A stretch of 64,000 nt of DNA, from contig NC_086118.1 of the NCBI RefSeq assembly GCF_963921235.1, positions 18,850,001 through 18,914,000 of the forward strand, in the 5' to 3' direction. Source of the stretch: Mobula hypostoma. Its lineage: Eukaryota. Positions 13,640 through 27,228 of the stretch are shown here, in pieces. Both the position numbers and the translations under genes were made by a program. The notes below the pieces were generated by a model. That model was not told the origin of the DNA, did no database searches, and was given only the letters and a program-made list of their open reading frames with translations. How positions within the stretch are numbered: the first letter of the stretch is position 1; each line of letters starts with the position of its first letter.

Positions 13640-13926
13640 GGCACCACAGTATCATTGCGGTTAGCGCGATCCTATTACATCTTGGAGCACCCTAGAGTTT
13701 AGAGTTCAGAGTTCAACTCCGTCTGTGAGGAGTTTGTATGTATGCCCTGTGACCACAAGGGTTTTCTGCAGGTACTCTGATTTCCTCCCACATACCAGTT
13801 AATAGGTTAATTAGTCATTGTAAATTGTCCTGTGATTAGGCCAGTGTTAAATAGGTGGGTTGCTGGCATTGTGAGGTGTTGGACCATAAGGACCTGTTCT
13901 ACATTGTATCTCTAAATAAACAAATA
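13640..13926 (+). mobile_element. tRNA-derived V-SINE
   Basis: gcggttagc head, gagttcaactcc B-box, ggagtttgtatg...tttcctcccaca core, gtcattgtaaattgtcctgtgattagg, taaataaa tail. Confidence 0.8.
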
Positions 13927-14490
13927 TGTGTTTCCTGCCCTTTAAGTGAAGCTGTTTCCTTGTAGTGAAGAGTTGTTAAATGATGGTTTGCTAACCAGGA
14001 CAGACTTAAATTAACAGCATAAAAATAGCATCCACTGTAATCGCGGTAAAGCATCATTGGGTACCACAATTTAATGGAAATAAAGGACCAGAAACATTGC
14101 CCTTTTCAGAATCATGCTCTGCATCTGGCCTAATTCTGTAAGCTTGAAATTTAGCAACAGAGATATCACTTTGTAAATGTCGACATGACAATTTCCTTTT
14201 GAAGGTGAAATGAGGGTCCATACTCAGGGTGTTAAATCATCAAAGCTAGCTTTGTAATATGCACCCTGTTTTTGAGTTAGTGGGTTGTAAGAGGGAGAGT
14301 GCACTGGAACAATGAAGCTGTTTAATAAATGATGCGTTCACTAAATGACTCTGCCCTGATAATGCATCCAGCAAATATGGATACCCAGGGTTGCAACATT
14401 AAGACAGAATATGCAATTAATATGATTCTTATTTCCTTTCATTGAATAAAATAAACATCTCTAAATAGATGCAATATTTTGGTCCATTTT

Positions 14491-14870
14491 AAAGGTTCAA
14501 AGTCTCAAACGTTCATTTTATTGTCAAAGTATGCGTGTACAATACAACTCTGATATTCATCTTCTCCAGATAGCCACGAGATACGGAAAAACCATGGGAG
14601 TTATTGAAATAAAAAATATCAACCAACCCCAGCCCCTGCATGAAAAGGAAAAAGTAAAAGAAACAAAACTAGCAAACCCCAACCCCATTCCACCCCCTCC
14701 CCCCCACTATCTCCCTCACACAAAAAAAACTAACAGATCGCCCACACAGAAAATGGTAGCTGGAACATTAAACCTCAAATCCCCCCAACCTCCCTTGCTC
14801 GGAAACTAACAGACCACAGCTAGGCAGCTAGAAGATCAAAACCCAAACCCCCAACCCCCTCCCTCGCACT
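14491..14870 (-). mobile_element. Non-coding retro-element 3' part with CTTTGAA tail
   Basis: Plus strand aaggttcaaag...tttattgtcaaagtatg...tacaactctgatattc is the reverse complement of the tail type at 6660-6723. Confidence 0.55.
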
Positions 14871-16082
14871 GCTGTGCTCAGTCAGATGGAGTTGCTGCAC
14901 TTCAAACTCTTTTGATCTATTTCCCGTTGTAATCCAATCAGCAGCGTGCCACCAATATCTGACTTTTACTGGAGTCTGGTGTCTTTGCAAGATGCAGTAA
15001 GTGCTGCATCTCTGCAAATCTGAAGGCAATGGAGCCTCCCACCTGCTTCCTCTTCCATTCAATGATCCCAATGAAAAGCAGCAATACTCAGACTGGCTCA
15101 CATAGGTCCCTCTGAGCCTCTGATCTGCCATAAATCACTGCTAGGTTTATTGATTTGAGATTCTGCATTTATATTCCACCCCATTAACATTTATTGCCTC
15201 CTCTGAGTCTCCTCTTGGGCCATGCTGGAGTTAGCGCTGCTGCTCTCTCAGGACAAGTGTATTGCACTTGTCAATGAATTTTACTCAGCTTGACTTAATG
15301 CTCCTTTACATTCAACATCTGAGAGACTGCTGATGCTGAAAAGAATCAAGCGCACCGTCCTCCTCTTTCTCCACATAAAAGTCAAAATGTTCAGTAGTTT
15401 TGAAAGGAATGTTTACTCCATGATGGTGAGTAACAGGAGCAAGACAGCAATTAATAGCCGTTTCAAGTTACCTTGAGATGTATTTAACGGCAAAGGTCAT
15501 CTTGATTCTCAAATGCCTTTGCCGTGGTGACACTGCAGCCTCTATCGGGAGAGGAATAACGATCTACGATGTAGATTTTACATTATAGCTAACAGTACGC
15601 CAGTTAAAAGGTAACTCAAAGTGATGGTTTTCTTGTAAATATGCTCCTCTTGCTCTTTTTTAAAAAAGCCTGGGAAATGCTGGCAGTGACAGAGCTGACA
15701 ATTCAGAAGATAGCTCTCTGCTGGATGCTGTTTAGCTTCTTGGAGGTTATGGAAACTATGCTCATCCAGGCAATAGATGATTTACCAGGCATGTAAATAT
15801 GAAGGTGAATTCAGAAGTGAGGTATTCATCAGAGAATACTCAGATTTGGCTATGTGGTGCTGAGGGGTCTTTGATTCATGCTGATGGCCCAGAATTTTAA
15901 CAATTGGATTCTAGACAGAGATAACGTAGTGGCTAGGCCTTATCATACTCAAGGGCAATATTGCCCAGCATGAATTTGAGGATGAGAACACATTGATTTG
16001 CTATGAAGAATAACTATCAGCTTCATGTTTGGTACAAACTGAAGGCACTTCCCTTTGAAGCATCCTTGGATTATTCAGGTTT

Positions 16083-16085
<3 letters not shown>

Positions 16086-16117
<32 letters not shown>
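16086..16117. repeat. (CA)16 microsatellite
   Basis: Perfect CA run read directly. Confidence 0.97.
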
Positions 16118-16119
<2 letters not shown>

Positions 16120-17399
16120 AAGACAGGCAAGTGACACTGGTTCCCAACAAGAATGTGCAGTTCATAGTGTGTTCAATTTACTCTTCCCCTGATTTACACT
16201 ATATTTTTCCTCTTCATGGGGAAATAGCTTGGCCTGCTTAAAGGATACATTGACTAAAGAGTGTCATGCATTGGCCAACATCTAATCACTCCAGAAAAAG
16301 TTCATATATACACTTTGGAGTGGTACAGACTTAACAGCAGTGAAAGTGTTTTGAGCCTGTTTTATTTGCTCAATGCAGTGAAATACTTAAAAGAAGAAGC
16401 ATTTTTATTTTCTTTTAAATTTTCTCTTAAGAGTACCTTTTAAATATGTGACCTGCTTCAGTTGCTTATTTGCTTTTAGTCAGGATTAATTGTAAAAATG
16501 GACCTGAATCCACTGCCTCAGGTCTCCAAGGCAAGTACGACCATAGCTGGTCAGAAACACACAGGTCTGTCACTTCCCAGATTAAGAATGCTAGTTTACT
16601 TTTCCACTTCCTAATTGAATAGGTCAAAGATTGGCAGTGAAGATTAAAATTAACAAAGTGTAGCTTTTCACAGGACAGGGATGGTGATGACAGAATTATC
16701 ACTCCTCTTAACTTTAATGGTATTGTGATTAACCACATGAACCTCAGGCAGAAGGTTATGTCAAGGAGGAAGAAATTTGAGATGTATTGTTATAATACTA
16801 ATGGTATTTGATACTCTAGCAATGGCCGATAATTGTCATTGCATAAATTTCAAGACTGAACTCTTTTATGATAATTCTACTAGAAAGCAAGTGTCAAAAA
16901 TTAGCATGTAACATTTGGAAGCAATGTCAGTGGATATTAAGGATCAAAATGTTATATATAGAATATTTGCAAATAACAAGAGCATGGGTCCATCTGGCCA
17001 ATGGTAACTGACATGAGGAGCAGGGCCTTTGAAAAATGATCCTGGAAGCTACTGAGTAACGGGTGATGTAAGTTTTGGTAGTTTTATAGATGCCCAGAAG
17101 GTAGTCACTTTGACATGGAAATCATCAATGTTTCATTGAAATGAATAAGAGGCAGAATGTGATGGGCCGTGCAGAATTCATAGAGGGATCAAATCTTATC
17201 AATTACAATTATTCTGTTATGGTTACTGAGCATTAATCAAACGTCATTATTTGAAATTTGGAATCGAGTATAACATATGCTATGGCCCACCTCTTTTTTT
17301 CAATAAATGTTGCCTCTGTGGAAATAGCCTCAATCCCGAACTCTAATTCTAGCTGTGCATCACCTGGCCTATGAGCTGCGGGAGTGACAATTTATGGCC

Positions 17400-17640
17400 A
17401 TCAGCAAGAACAGGAGAAGGCCATTATGCCTTGAGCCTGCTTCAACAACTATTAAGATCATAGATTATGCTACCTTGCACCATTTTCCTAGACCCTCTCC
17501 ACACTCCTTGATTCCTTTTGAATGAACTCTATGATGTAGTCTCTATATGGCCCATCGGGTTAAAAAATTCCAAAGATTCACCACCTTCTGAGTTAAGAAT
17601 TATTTCTTCATCCAAGACCTAAGAGGTCCATTCCTTAGTC
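17400..17640 (-). mobile_element. Old CR1 3' end
   Basis: caggagaaggccatt...gagcctgct...aattccaaagattcaccaccttctgagttaagaat, compare 28365-28580. Confidence 0.7.
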
Positions 17641-20600
17641 TACACCACACACACAAGTTGGCTGAGATCAGCTATGATAAACTATTAGTTATCCATGGAC
17701 CTCCAAGGATACTGCAGACACAGTTGCAAACAGTACTGGAATTTCTGGAGTACAAGAAAACAAGCTTAGAAGGAATAATATGTTACTGCAAAGTGTATAT
17801 AGAAATATAAAAATTAATTTGCAAGTTTGTGATAAAATAGAGTTGATGCATATTGTTAATAATTAGCTTACTGTACTAACTACATCCTTGAACATCTACA
17901 TCAAGCTTTGGTCACATGGTGATTTTGAACTTCTTATGAAACCTCATCTTCTGCTATAAGCATTATTGATCTCTTACTTAAAACTATTTCACTGGGGATG
18001 AATAAGGTCTCATAGCGTAAGCACCTCCCTGTAAAGATGAGTGAAGTGCTAAGCAGCAAGTTTGTTTGTTTTGCTAATGTTAACTAATTAAAAGTGATAA
18101 TTATGTTGCAAGAGAGCTTAATGACACTGTTTATGAATGCTATAATATGTTACTGTAATTAAGGGTTGAAGCATTGAAAATTCAACCAAGCATAGTTCAG
18201 GTTATGTTTTTTAAAAAATACAGTCTGACAGTCCAGTGGCATAATTTTATTTGTTGACTTTAAACTGTGAAAATTTGTGCCTCCTTCAATTAATAAGTAT
18301 GAAATTTAAGTATTATTATTAAGTATGAAACTTCTGTAAGCATTTTGATTACTGGATGAAGTTCATCTTTAGTCCAGTTCCTTGTTAAAATTATGGGCCA
18401 GTTATAATCCTCTCCTCCCTTCATTTACTATTTCAACTCTAGAAATCTTCCTGTAAATGCAAATAAAGAAAATACAACTTGGTGGTTTAACAGACCCTGC
18501 TTCTGCACATATGCTCGCCATAGTTGCAAGTAGAAACATAAGATCTAAGAAGTTTCTTATGCATGCTCAAAACACTGTACTATGATTAGTGAGAAAAGTA
18601 ATTGCCAACGCTATATGACCATTCATACCTACAAAGAGAAGCACTCCTCACAGGAATAGTATGTAGTTAAAACTGAAGTCACAGAGCTGTGGGATGAAAA
18701 AATGTCCTGTATTACATAAAATGCTTGTGAACAAAGAACTTAAAAACTAGATAGTGAGTGTACAACTCCTGTGTCTGAAAACTATTGACCTAAAGATCAT
18801 TCACGTTACCCACATCATTATGGCAGGTGAATGACAGACAATGGCAGAATTGTTCTAACATACCGGTCATTTGTGTAGCTCAATAAAATTAGAAGTTTCT
18901 TTGGAAATTAAGGATATACAGATGCTGACTTTGACATTGACATTTAGATTTTATTTTCTTTTTTGTAATAATGTTTGCAGTTTTTGAAGTTATTACCTAA
19001 TGCTGGAGTCTTTATGGAAAAGCATTCTGATCGGCTGTTACTTCAGGGAGAGCTAATGTTGGTGAGATGATGTGCTACAATGTTCTGGATTAACTGAGGC
19101 AGACAACACTTTGACAAAATAAAAAAAGATCAAAAATACCCATGGTGGGGAAACCAAACTGAAGGAATCCTATGCACTGATATTAAATGATAACTGGTCC
19201 TACATGCTTGGGCACAGATTTCTTCCTGTCCATTATTCATTAAATCAACATAATATACCCAAGTTGATCTTTTCCATAGGAGTGGGGAAATGTTTAATGG
19301 AGAAGGTCAGCTATAACATTTTTAAATATATGCAAATAACTGAGAAAAAGAAATGGGACAGAAACACAGCAGTGATTGCTTGCTGGCTAATTATTTGCAA
19401 GATTTAATTACCCTAAAACTTGCCAGAAGTTTCCAGACCACCAAATTTTATTAAGCACTAACACCAAGCGGTGTTTGTAATCAACTGCAGATAATGTTGA
19501 ATTACTCTGTGTAGCTCCAAAATCCTTTTTTTTAATCAATTTGTCCCATCCACTGATTACTTGCTCATTATTTCTTTAAGTTTAGCTGCTACTAAATATG
19601 ACCCATATTACCAGATAATTGTTTGTCTGCATCTTTGCAGTCTGATTCCTGTGCTCAATGAACTTACTCCATCAGTTGCCTGTGGGAGATCTAGTGGCAG
19701 AAGGATTTTGAATTTGGCGAAAAATCAATAAAATAATCCAGACTTCCTCAGTCACTAGAAAGCCTGGTTGAGCAGGCACGAAACAATGTTGTCTCCAAGG
19801 TGATGATTTGGTAGTCAGTTTTAAACAGAAATCTGATCGGTATTTGGTGTGAAAGGATAAAAAAATTGTTGGTGACCTTGATGGATATTCTGATTGGATT
19901 GGAATATCCACACAAGAGAATCACAGTGTTTCCTTTTCATCCTTATCCATCACCAAAGTACACTGCCATCAATAGGCCATACTTTTCAGTACTCTGTATA
20001 TGTGACTATTACTCTTACGCATCTTGATAATGGGAAGCTGAAGTTTGGCCGGATCAAAAAACGCAGGCTTGTCCCTATGCGACTTCACCATCCACATTTG
20101 ATTACTAGTGTCTTAATTAGCTAGCTTTAAACTGAGTAATGATCCAGCACCATCACTAACTTCTGTACTCCCAAACTAGCCAGTATTTTCACTTTTAATT
20201 GTTCACATTTGCTCACTTTCAACAAAGGTGAGAGGATAAAATGGGTCAAGGTAGGACGAATGTGAAGATGAGTGTAAAGACAAGTGCAAAGCTTGATGGT
20301 TGGTGTGAACTCAGTGGATCAAAGGATCTGCTTCCACCTCTTGGACTCCATGACTCCATCCTTGGATAGCATTCGGAAGTGAGATCATCCACTTGTGCCA
20401 GAGCACTGATATCAGTGGTAGTGCCTGCACTAGCTAATGAGCATATGGTCACTGTATGGATAAATGACACACCAAATTGACATGCCAAGGATGAGGATAT
20501 GGAATAGGTGCCCTCTGTAAACAGTACTGTTCCCACCAGTCCTTAAGTGGCATATGTGTGCGTCGTCAAATTCAGTCTTACCAAAAAATAACTATTCCTT

Positions 20601-21256
20601 TACTTCTCTTGGGTAAAATTAATATTCTATCAACAGGTCATCTAAATTATCATGAAAATATGATTTAATCATAGTAATAACTATTGATAAATATTTAAAT
20701 CATTAAATACTTTACTAGCGTCTAGTTTTTTCTGAACCCTTCTTAATTTAAATTTAACATTTAGCGTGCCCCATTTTCAAGTCTTTACTTTCCTATCATA
20801 TTTCTTCCTTATTTCATTTTCTGGCCCTTTCTTCTCATTGTCCCAGAGCAGAGATGGAAAATGCATAAGAAATGGACTGTCTTCAGTTTGGAGCATGTAC
20901 TTAAGGTAGTAAGTCTGGAAAGACATGAGAAATGGCTGGGACGCCTCACATACAGATCTGTCTCTACTTCTGTCCTCGGGAACTGAAGACTGTTTTTAAT
21001 GAATAGGTTTACTGGTAGCAGCTATACCCTAACAGTTTATTAACCAATGATGCCAAGTAAAGTTAATACACACATTTCAAGTGTTCTGATTGATGGCTGC
21101 TCACACCAATTGAAGAGCATTATAAACAGACTCCTTTACCATGGCTGTAACAGAGCATCACACAGATGCTGCATTCTGTGATAGTGAAAAGTCATTCACA
21201 ATGAGCAATTAGCGAGAATATCTACAGAATACTGCAAACACTGGTAACAGTTCTCA

Positions 21257-23421
21257 TTTGAAGAAATGAGAAAGGATCTAAAAAGCGTGGATTGGGACAA
21301 GTTGTTCTCTGGCAAAGATGTGATTGGTAGGTGGGAAGCCTTCAAAGGGGAAATTTTGAGAGTGCAGAATTTGTATGTTCCTGTCAGGATTAAAGGCAAA
21401 TTGAATAGGAATAAGGAACCTTGGTTCTCAAAGGATATTGCAACTCTGATAAAGAAGAAGAGGGAGTTGTATGAAATGTATAGGAAATAGGGGGTAAATC
21501 AGGTGCTTGAGGAGTATAAGAAGTGCAAGAAAATACTTAAGAAAGAAATCAGGAGGGCTAAAGGAAGACATGAGGTTGCCTTAGCAGTCAAAGTGAAGGA
21601 TAATCCAAAGAGCTTTTACAAGTATATTAAGAGCAAAAGGATTGTAAGGGATAAAATTGGTCCTCTTGAAGATCAGAGTGGTCAGCTTTGTGCGGAACCA
21701 AAGGAAATGGGGGAGATCTTAAATAGTTTTTTTGTGTCTGTATTTACTAAGGAAGCTGGCATGAAATCTATGGAATTGAGGGAATCAAGTAGTGAGACCA
21801 TGGAAACTGTACAGATTAAAAAGGAGGAGGTGCTTGCTGTCTTGAGGAAAATTAACTGGATAAATCCCCGGGACCTGACAGAGTGTTCCCTCGGACCTTG
21901 AAGGAGACTAGTGTTGAAATTGCGGGGACCCTGGCAGAAATATTTAAAATGTCGCTGTCTACAGGTGAGGTGCCGGAGGATTGGAGAGTGGCTCATGTTG
22001 TTCCGTTGTTTAAAAAAGGATCGAAAAGTAATCCGGGAAATTATAGGCCGCTGAGTTTAACGTCAGTAGTAGGTAAGTTATTAGAGGGAGTACTAAGAGA
22101 CAGAATCTACAAGCATTTGGATAGACAGGGGCTTATTAGGGAGAGTCAACATGGCTTTGTGCGTGGTAGGTCATGTTTGACCAATCTGTTGGAGTTTTTC
22201 GAGGAGGTTACCAGGAAAGTGGATGAAGGGAAGGCAGTGGATATTGTCTACATGGACTTCAGTAAGGCCTTTGACAAGGTCCCGCATGGGAGGTTAGTTA
22301 GGAAAATTCAGTCGCTAGGAATACATGGAGAGGTGGTAAATTGGATTAGACATTGGCTGGATGGAAGAAGCCAGAGAGTGGTGGTAGAGAATTGCTTCTC
22401 TGAGTGGAGGCCTGTGACTAGTGGTGTGCCACAGGGATCAGTGCTGGGTCCATTGTTATTTGTCATCTATATCAATGATCTGGATGATAATGTGGTAAAT
22501 TGGATCAGCAAATTTGCTGATGATACAAAGATTGGAGGTGTAGTAGACAGTGAGGAAGGTTTTCAGAGCCTGCAGAGGGACTTTGACCAGCTGGAAAAAT
22601 GGGCTGAAAAATGGCAGATGGAGTTTAATACTGACAAGTGTGAGGTATTGCACGTTGGAAGGACAAACCAACGTAGAACATACAGGGTTAATGGTAAGGC
22701 ACTGAGGAGTGCAGTGGAACAGAGGGATCTGGGAATACAGATACAAAATTCCCTAAAAGTGTCGTCACAGGTAGATAGGGTCGTAAAGAGAGCTTTTGGT
22801 ACATTGGCCTTTATTAATCGAAGTATTGAGTATAAGAGCTGGAATGTTATGATGAGGTTGTATAAGGCATTGGTGAGGCCGAATCTGGAGTATTGTGTTC
22901 AGTTTTGGTCACCAAATTACAGGAAGGGTGTAAATAAGGTTGAAAGAGTGCAGAGAAGGTTTACAAGGATGTTGCTGGGACTTGAGAAACTCAGTTACAG
23001 AGAAAGGTTGAATAGGTTAGGACTTTATTCCCTGGAGCGTAGAAGAATGAGGGGAGATTTGATAGAGGTATATAAAATTATGATGGGTATAGATAGAGTG
23101 AATGCAAGCAGGCTTTTTCCACTGAGGCAAGGGGAGAAAAAAACCAGAGGACGTAGGTTAAGGGTGAGGGGGGAAAAGTTTAAAGGGAACATTAGGGAGG
23201 GCTTCCTCACACAGAGAGTGGAATGAGCTGCCAGACGAGGTGGTAAATGCGGGTTCTTTTGTAACATTTAAGAATAAATTGGACAGATACATGGATGGGA
23301 GGTGTATGGAGGGATATGGTCCGTGTGCAGGTCAGTGGGACTAGGCAGAAAATGGTTTGGCATAGCCAAGAAGGGCCAAAAGGCCTGTTTCTGTGCTGTA
23401 GTTTCTATGGTTTCTATGGTT
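21257..23421 (+). mobile_element. 5'-truncated CR1 LINE ORF2 (RT domain open 21883-23226)
   Basis: NYRPLSLTS, QHGF, DFSKAFDKVPH, SGVPQGSVLGP, KFADD, YCVQFWSP. Stop at 21488-21490, frameshift near 21855, (GTTTCTATG)n tail. Confidence 0.97.
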
Positions 23422-25467
23422 ACAGACAACATAGAGACACAATTTCGACTTAGTACCAGCTTAGATCCAGATATAAATGTTTTGATTAATGTTTAAACTT
23501 TCCCAGAAAAGGACTGATCAGTTGTGACCAATGCTATCTACATTACTTGATGTCACCCAACATGCATTACTCTGCATAAACTGATTCTTTTGCATTGGGA
23601 AATGCAGAATATGTAATGCCACTTTCTGGTGGGGCCAGCAGAATAAGTAAGCCTCCATACACTATTGCATTAAAAGTGGAATATTTACTACTTCTTCACA
23701 ACGATGTTAGACAGAAGCCAAATGCATTTTTTATTGGAACTGGAAAAATATGCATTGTAAAAATATGATACTTTAATGGCCATTGTCCTCTATCCATTGC
23801 GGACTAATGAGCTTTGGTGTGCAAGAAAATCAATGTGAACTATATCGTTTTCAAATTGTACTTTTGCCTTGGCAACTTTCTAAATCTTTAATGGGTGGTG
23901 AGTAATTCTGAAATCACTTACAAAACCTTTTTGACGTGATGTCCAGTGTTTGGCACAGAAGACTAAAGTCATGTCTCATTTGAAAAGGGTGAAAAATTAA
24001 TGGTCCGAGGGCAGAAGTAAAATGGAAACCTGGGCTTCTGCCTTTAATTGATTGTCCATTCACCGTGTCCACAATTAATCAAGCAAATCACAGCACTCTA
24101 ATAGACATTTAAACAGCTCATAAAAACTCTTTTGGGAAACTGGTTTCATCAACACAGCAAAGTCATCTGTAAAATATTGACCCAAATGGCAAGAGGAAGA
24201 TTCACTGGCAGCACAGAATATTTGACATGATATTAGTCTATAAAGACTCAATAAATGTAGAAAGCACAATGCATTGAACTTTTTACCTTAGCAAGCACAC
24301 CACTTTTAAATGCTGATTTGAACTGTGCATAATTTGCTTAAGGAACGATTTAGATAAAAATATCTTTATGACATATTTATTTATATAGTAATGAACTAGT
24401 AGATGATAATAAACGGAGCCACTTGGAATAGCAACAACCTAATTTGGAACAAAATCAATTCCAAATGCTAATTAATTCCCTGCTGATATTTTTTCATTTT
24501 TGGTTTAGTGTGGATGTTGACTTTAATGTCATCCCATCAAATCTGGGAAAATGTATTCAGGGTTACTGTTAAATAGTACAGTTGTTCTAGGTAGTAGGTA
24601 TAAGTGGATTAACAACTCTTGTTGTGTACCACTACATCGGTTAATACAGGGGATAGTTCAAATGTGCTGGAGACTACTGTGGTTGTCAGATACAGGGGTG
24701 TGATCCACAAGAGTGTACTGTACATAGGGACTAACATGCATAGGGACTATTAGAATGAGAGGTAAAGGGAAGTAGGGTCAATATATTGAGACGGAGAAAA
24801 TAAATTGTCAGGCATTAGTTAGGGTAACATCTATTGTGCAATTTTACTTCAGAGCAAGCTAAAACAGAACATAAATCCCAGTGTTTGAATGGGGTGGCAG
24901 TTTTGGGTTGCACAAACAAGTCTTCTGCCCTTATGTTTTGAACAACTGTGGTCCACAACAACGAGGATATATAAGTACATCTAGAATTATACAAACGCCT
25001 GTCCTGTATCAGCCATCCGCTCCTGAATGGAGAGTTCCAGCTTGAAAGTCCTTGTACCTTTCTCTTTGTAAATGAGTAACAAATATATTTATTGCCTCAC
25101 AGTGTAACATAACATTTACAATATTTTAGCATCAACAGATCAGCTTTAATACAGACAGACAACAACATTGCTACATGGTACTGCACTACTGCAAAACATT
25201 GTTTTCCTTTTGGATGGGCTTACTGATGCAAAGCCCAGGATTATTATGAACAGATCCCATGCTCTACAATTACAACACAAGGAGCTGAATTAGATTTATT
25301 ACTGAATGGGTATTCAGATTACCATTTTAGTTGTCCTTTGTCTCCAAACGCCTACACTAAAATTCCCTTCCCTTCTAATGGGCACACAAGCATTTCATCC
25401 TGGGGGCCTTTGGACTGCAGATTATGAGTATTAAATGGTTTTTGCAAAGAAGCGGTTTCTACTGTAC

Positions 25468-25578
25468 CCTTGAGATGTCCTCGCCCTAGTGTCACAAATC
25501 CTGAAGAGATGAAGTTATGCAAGTCTGGTCCTCCGCTGCGATAGCCATGACTGGTGCCTGAATCCTTCCCATAAAGCC
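25468..25578 (-). CDS. shisa6: Internal coding exon (111 nt, phase 1/1) of a Shisa6-like AMPA-receptor auxiliary subunit gene
   Basis: Minus strand: acceptor ctcttccttttgccaacag|GG CTT TAT ... CAT CTC AAG G|gtacag. Translation (G)LYGKDSGTSHGYRSGGPDLHNFISSGFVTLGRGHLK(G) matches the recalled mammalian SHISA6 cassette exon GHYGKDAYRSGGPDLHNFISSGFVTLGRGHTKG. Length is a multiple of 3. Confidence 0.88.
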
Positions 25579-25844
25579 CTGTTGGCAAAAGGAAGAGCGT
25601 TCACAATTTCCACGGTAGTAACTGTGCCAAAGCTTTTGAGTAATTGACATCTGGATGCAACTGTACACCTTACTCATGAACAATTCTTGATTTGAAAATT
25701 TGTATGCATTTGTTTTCATAAGCTACCCCCAAACAAAAACAGTATAGCTTCAAAAATTCTATAGCACTCAACTTTCCCAGCTAGCCCCTAAAGGACTATT
25801 GTCGTGCTACTATAATTGTACAGTTTATGACAGCCATTTGTAAA

Positions 25845-26145
25845 AACAGAACAGCAAAAGAACCTGCATTTATATATTTCTTTTCACAATATTAGGACAT
25901 CTCAAAGTGTGTAAAGTACATCTGATAAACTCTAGTGAATATTGTTAGGCAGGAAATATGGCATCCAATTTAATGTTTACACGTGCCCACGTGCAATATT
26001 CGAACAATTAACAAACTTTCAATGGAATTAAGGCATAAATATTGGCGAGGAAATAAGTGATAATTGCTCTTCTCATATTCAGAATGACAGCATGTGATCC
26101 TTTATATCTATCTGAGCTCAGCTGGAGATTAGTTTAGTATCTTAA
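25845..26145 (-). mobile_element. Decayed SacSINE1/Deu-like SINE
   Basis: aacctgcatttatat...ggacatctcaaagtg...aggaaatatggcatccaattt...ataaatattggc...tgctcttctc...gatcctttat. Confidence 0.5.
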
Positions 26146-26586
26146 CCAATGGATGGATGGGAACAGAGAAATCCCATTATCACTATTTGGAAGCCAATGC
26201 ATAGAACACCAGCTGTTGCCTATAGCAGTCTCAGCCATGTTCCAGAACAATAAGTCTGAAGTCTTTGTTGGATGGGAGATAAAATTGTATCATTTATTTC
26301 ACTTCCATCCTGGTCTTTATTGCCTGAATTTATGTTGCTAATGACAGTTAAAATATTTAACAAGCTATGTTTGTGTCTGCAAGCTGTCCAATTTTGGAGA
26401 AAATAGGGAGTAAAGCATTTACGAGCTGATTTTTCATGTAAATATAACTCATGTTTGGATGTCAATGTATTGTTCTACAGTTGTCTGGGTACAGCATGCT
26501 TCAGACTTCTGGAAAGAGGAGTATTTAAGAGCAAAAGCTCATGTTAACCTTGTTTCTCTTTTAACAGATGGTTCCAGACCTGCTGA

Positions 26587-26880
26587 GTCAGAGTCATCAT
26601 TATTGAAACAGACATCTGAGCCCAATGCATCTGCTTGACCATGAAGATTCCACTGTCACAAACCACAAATTATTCTTCTCATCCCCATCAATTCCCTCTT
26701 GATTCTTCTGCCACCCACTACACAAGGGGCAATGTGCTTACCAATTATCTACCAACCAGATTATCTTCGGCCTGTGAAGGAAATCAGACATCAATGGAAA
26801 ACCAAAACATACAAACTCCAGTCTAACAGCATCCAGAGCAGTGAGGTAACAGTGCTAACTTCTGGGGCTCGGTGTCTTCC
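26587..26880 (-). mobile_element. Old V-SINE inserted into a Penelope-like tail (26555-26587 and 26885-26945)
   Basis: cacccactacacaaggggcaat...acatacaaactcca...gtgaggtaacagtgctaac. Flanks acagatg...cagacctgctgag / atttcagacctgcagcatctgcag. Confidence 0.55.
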
Positions 26881-26984
26881 ATAACAGTCTTTCTATCAAT
26901 GTCTGCTTTCATTTCAGACCTGCAGCATCTGCAGCTTTTTGATTTTAGTCTGCTTCAGACAATTATTGGGAGGAATAAAATGGG

Positions 26985-27228
26985 ATTTCTTTAGCCGGAG
27001 AGCAGTGAATCTGTGAAATACAATGCCTAAGGCAACTGTGGAGACCAAGTCATTGGGTATATATAAAGAAGGATTTGATAGATTCTTCATTAGTGAGGGC
27101 GTCTAAGGCTATGGGGAAAAGACAGGAAAATAGGGTTAAGAGGGACAATATATCAACCATGATGGAATTGCAGAGCAGAATTGATGGGCCAAATGGCCTA
27201 ACTCTGTTCCAATGTTTAATGGTCTTAT
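26985..27228 (+). mobile_element. CR1 3' end inserted in a SINE tail
   Basis: ttctttagccggagagcagtgaatctgtg...gatgggccaaatggcctaactctg. Flanked by the split SINE tail aataaaatgg / gattagtgtaaatgggtg. Confidence 0.8.
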
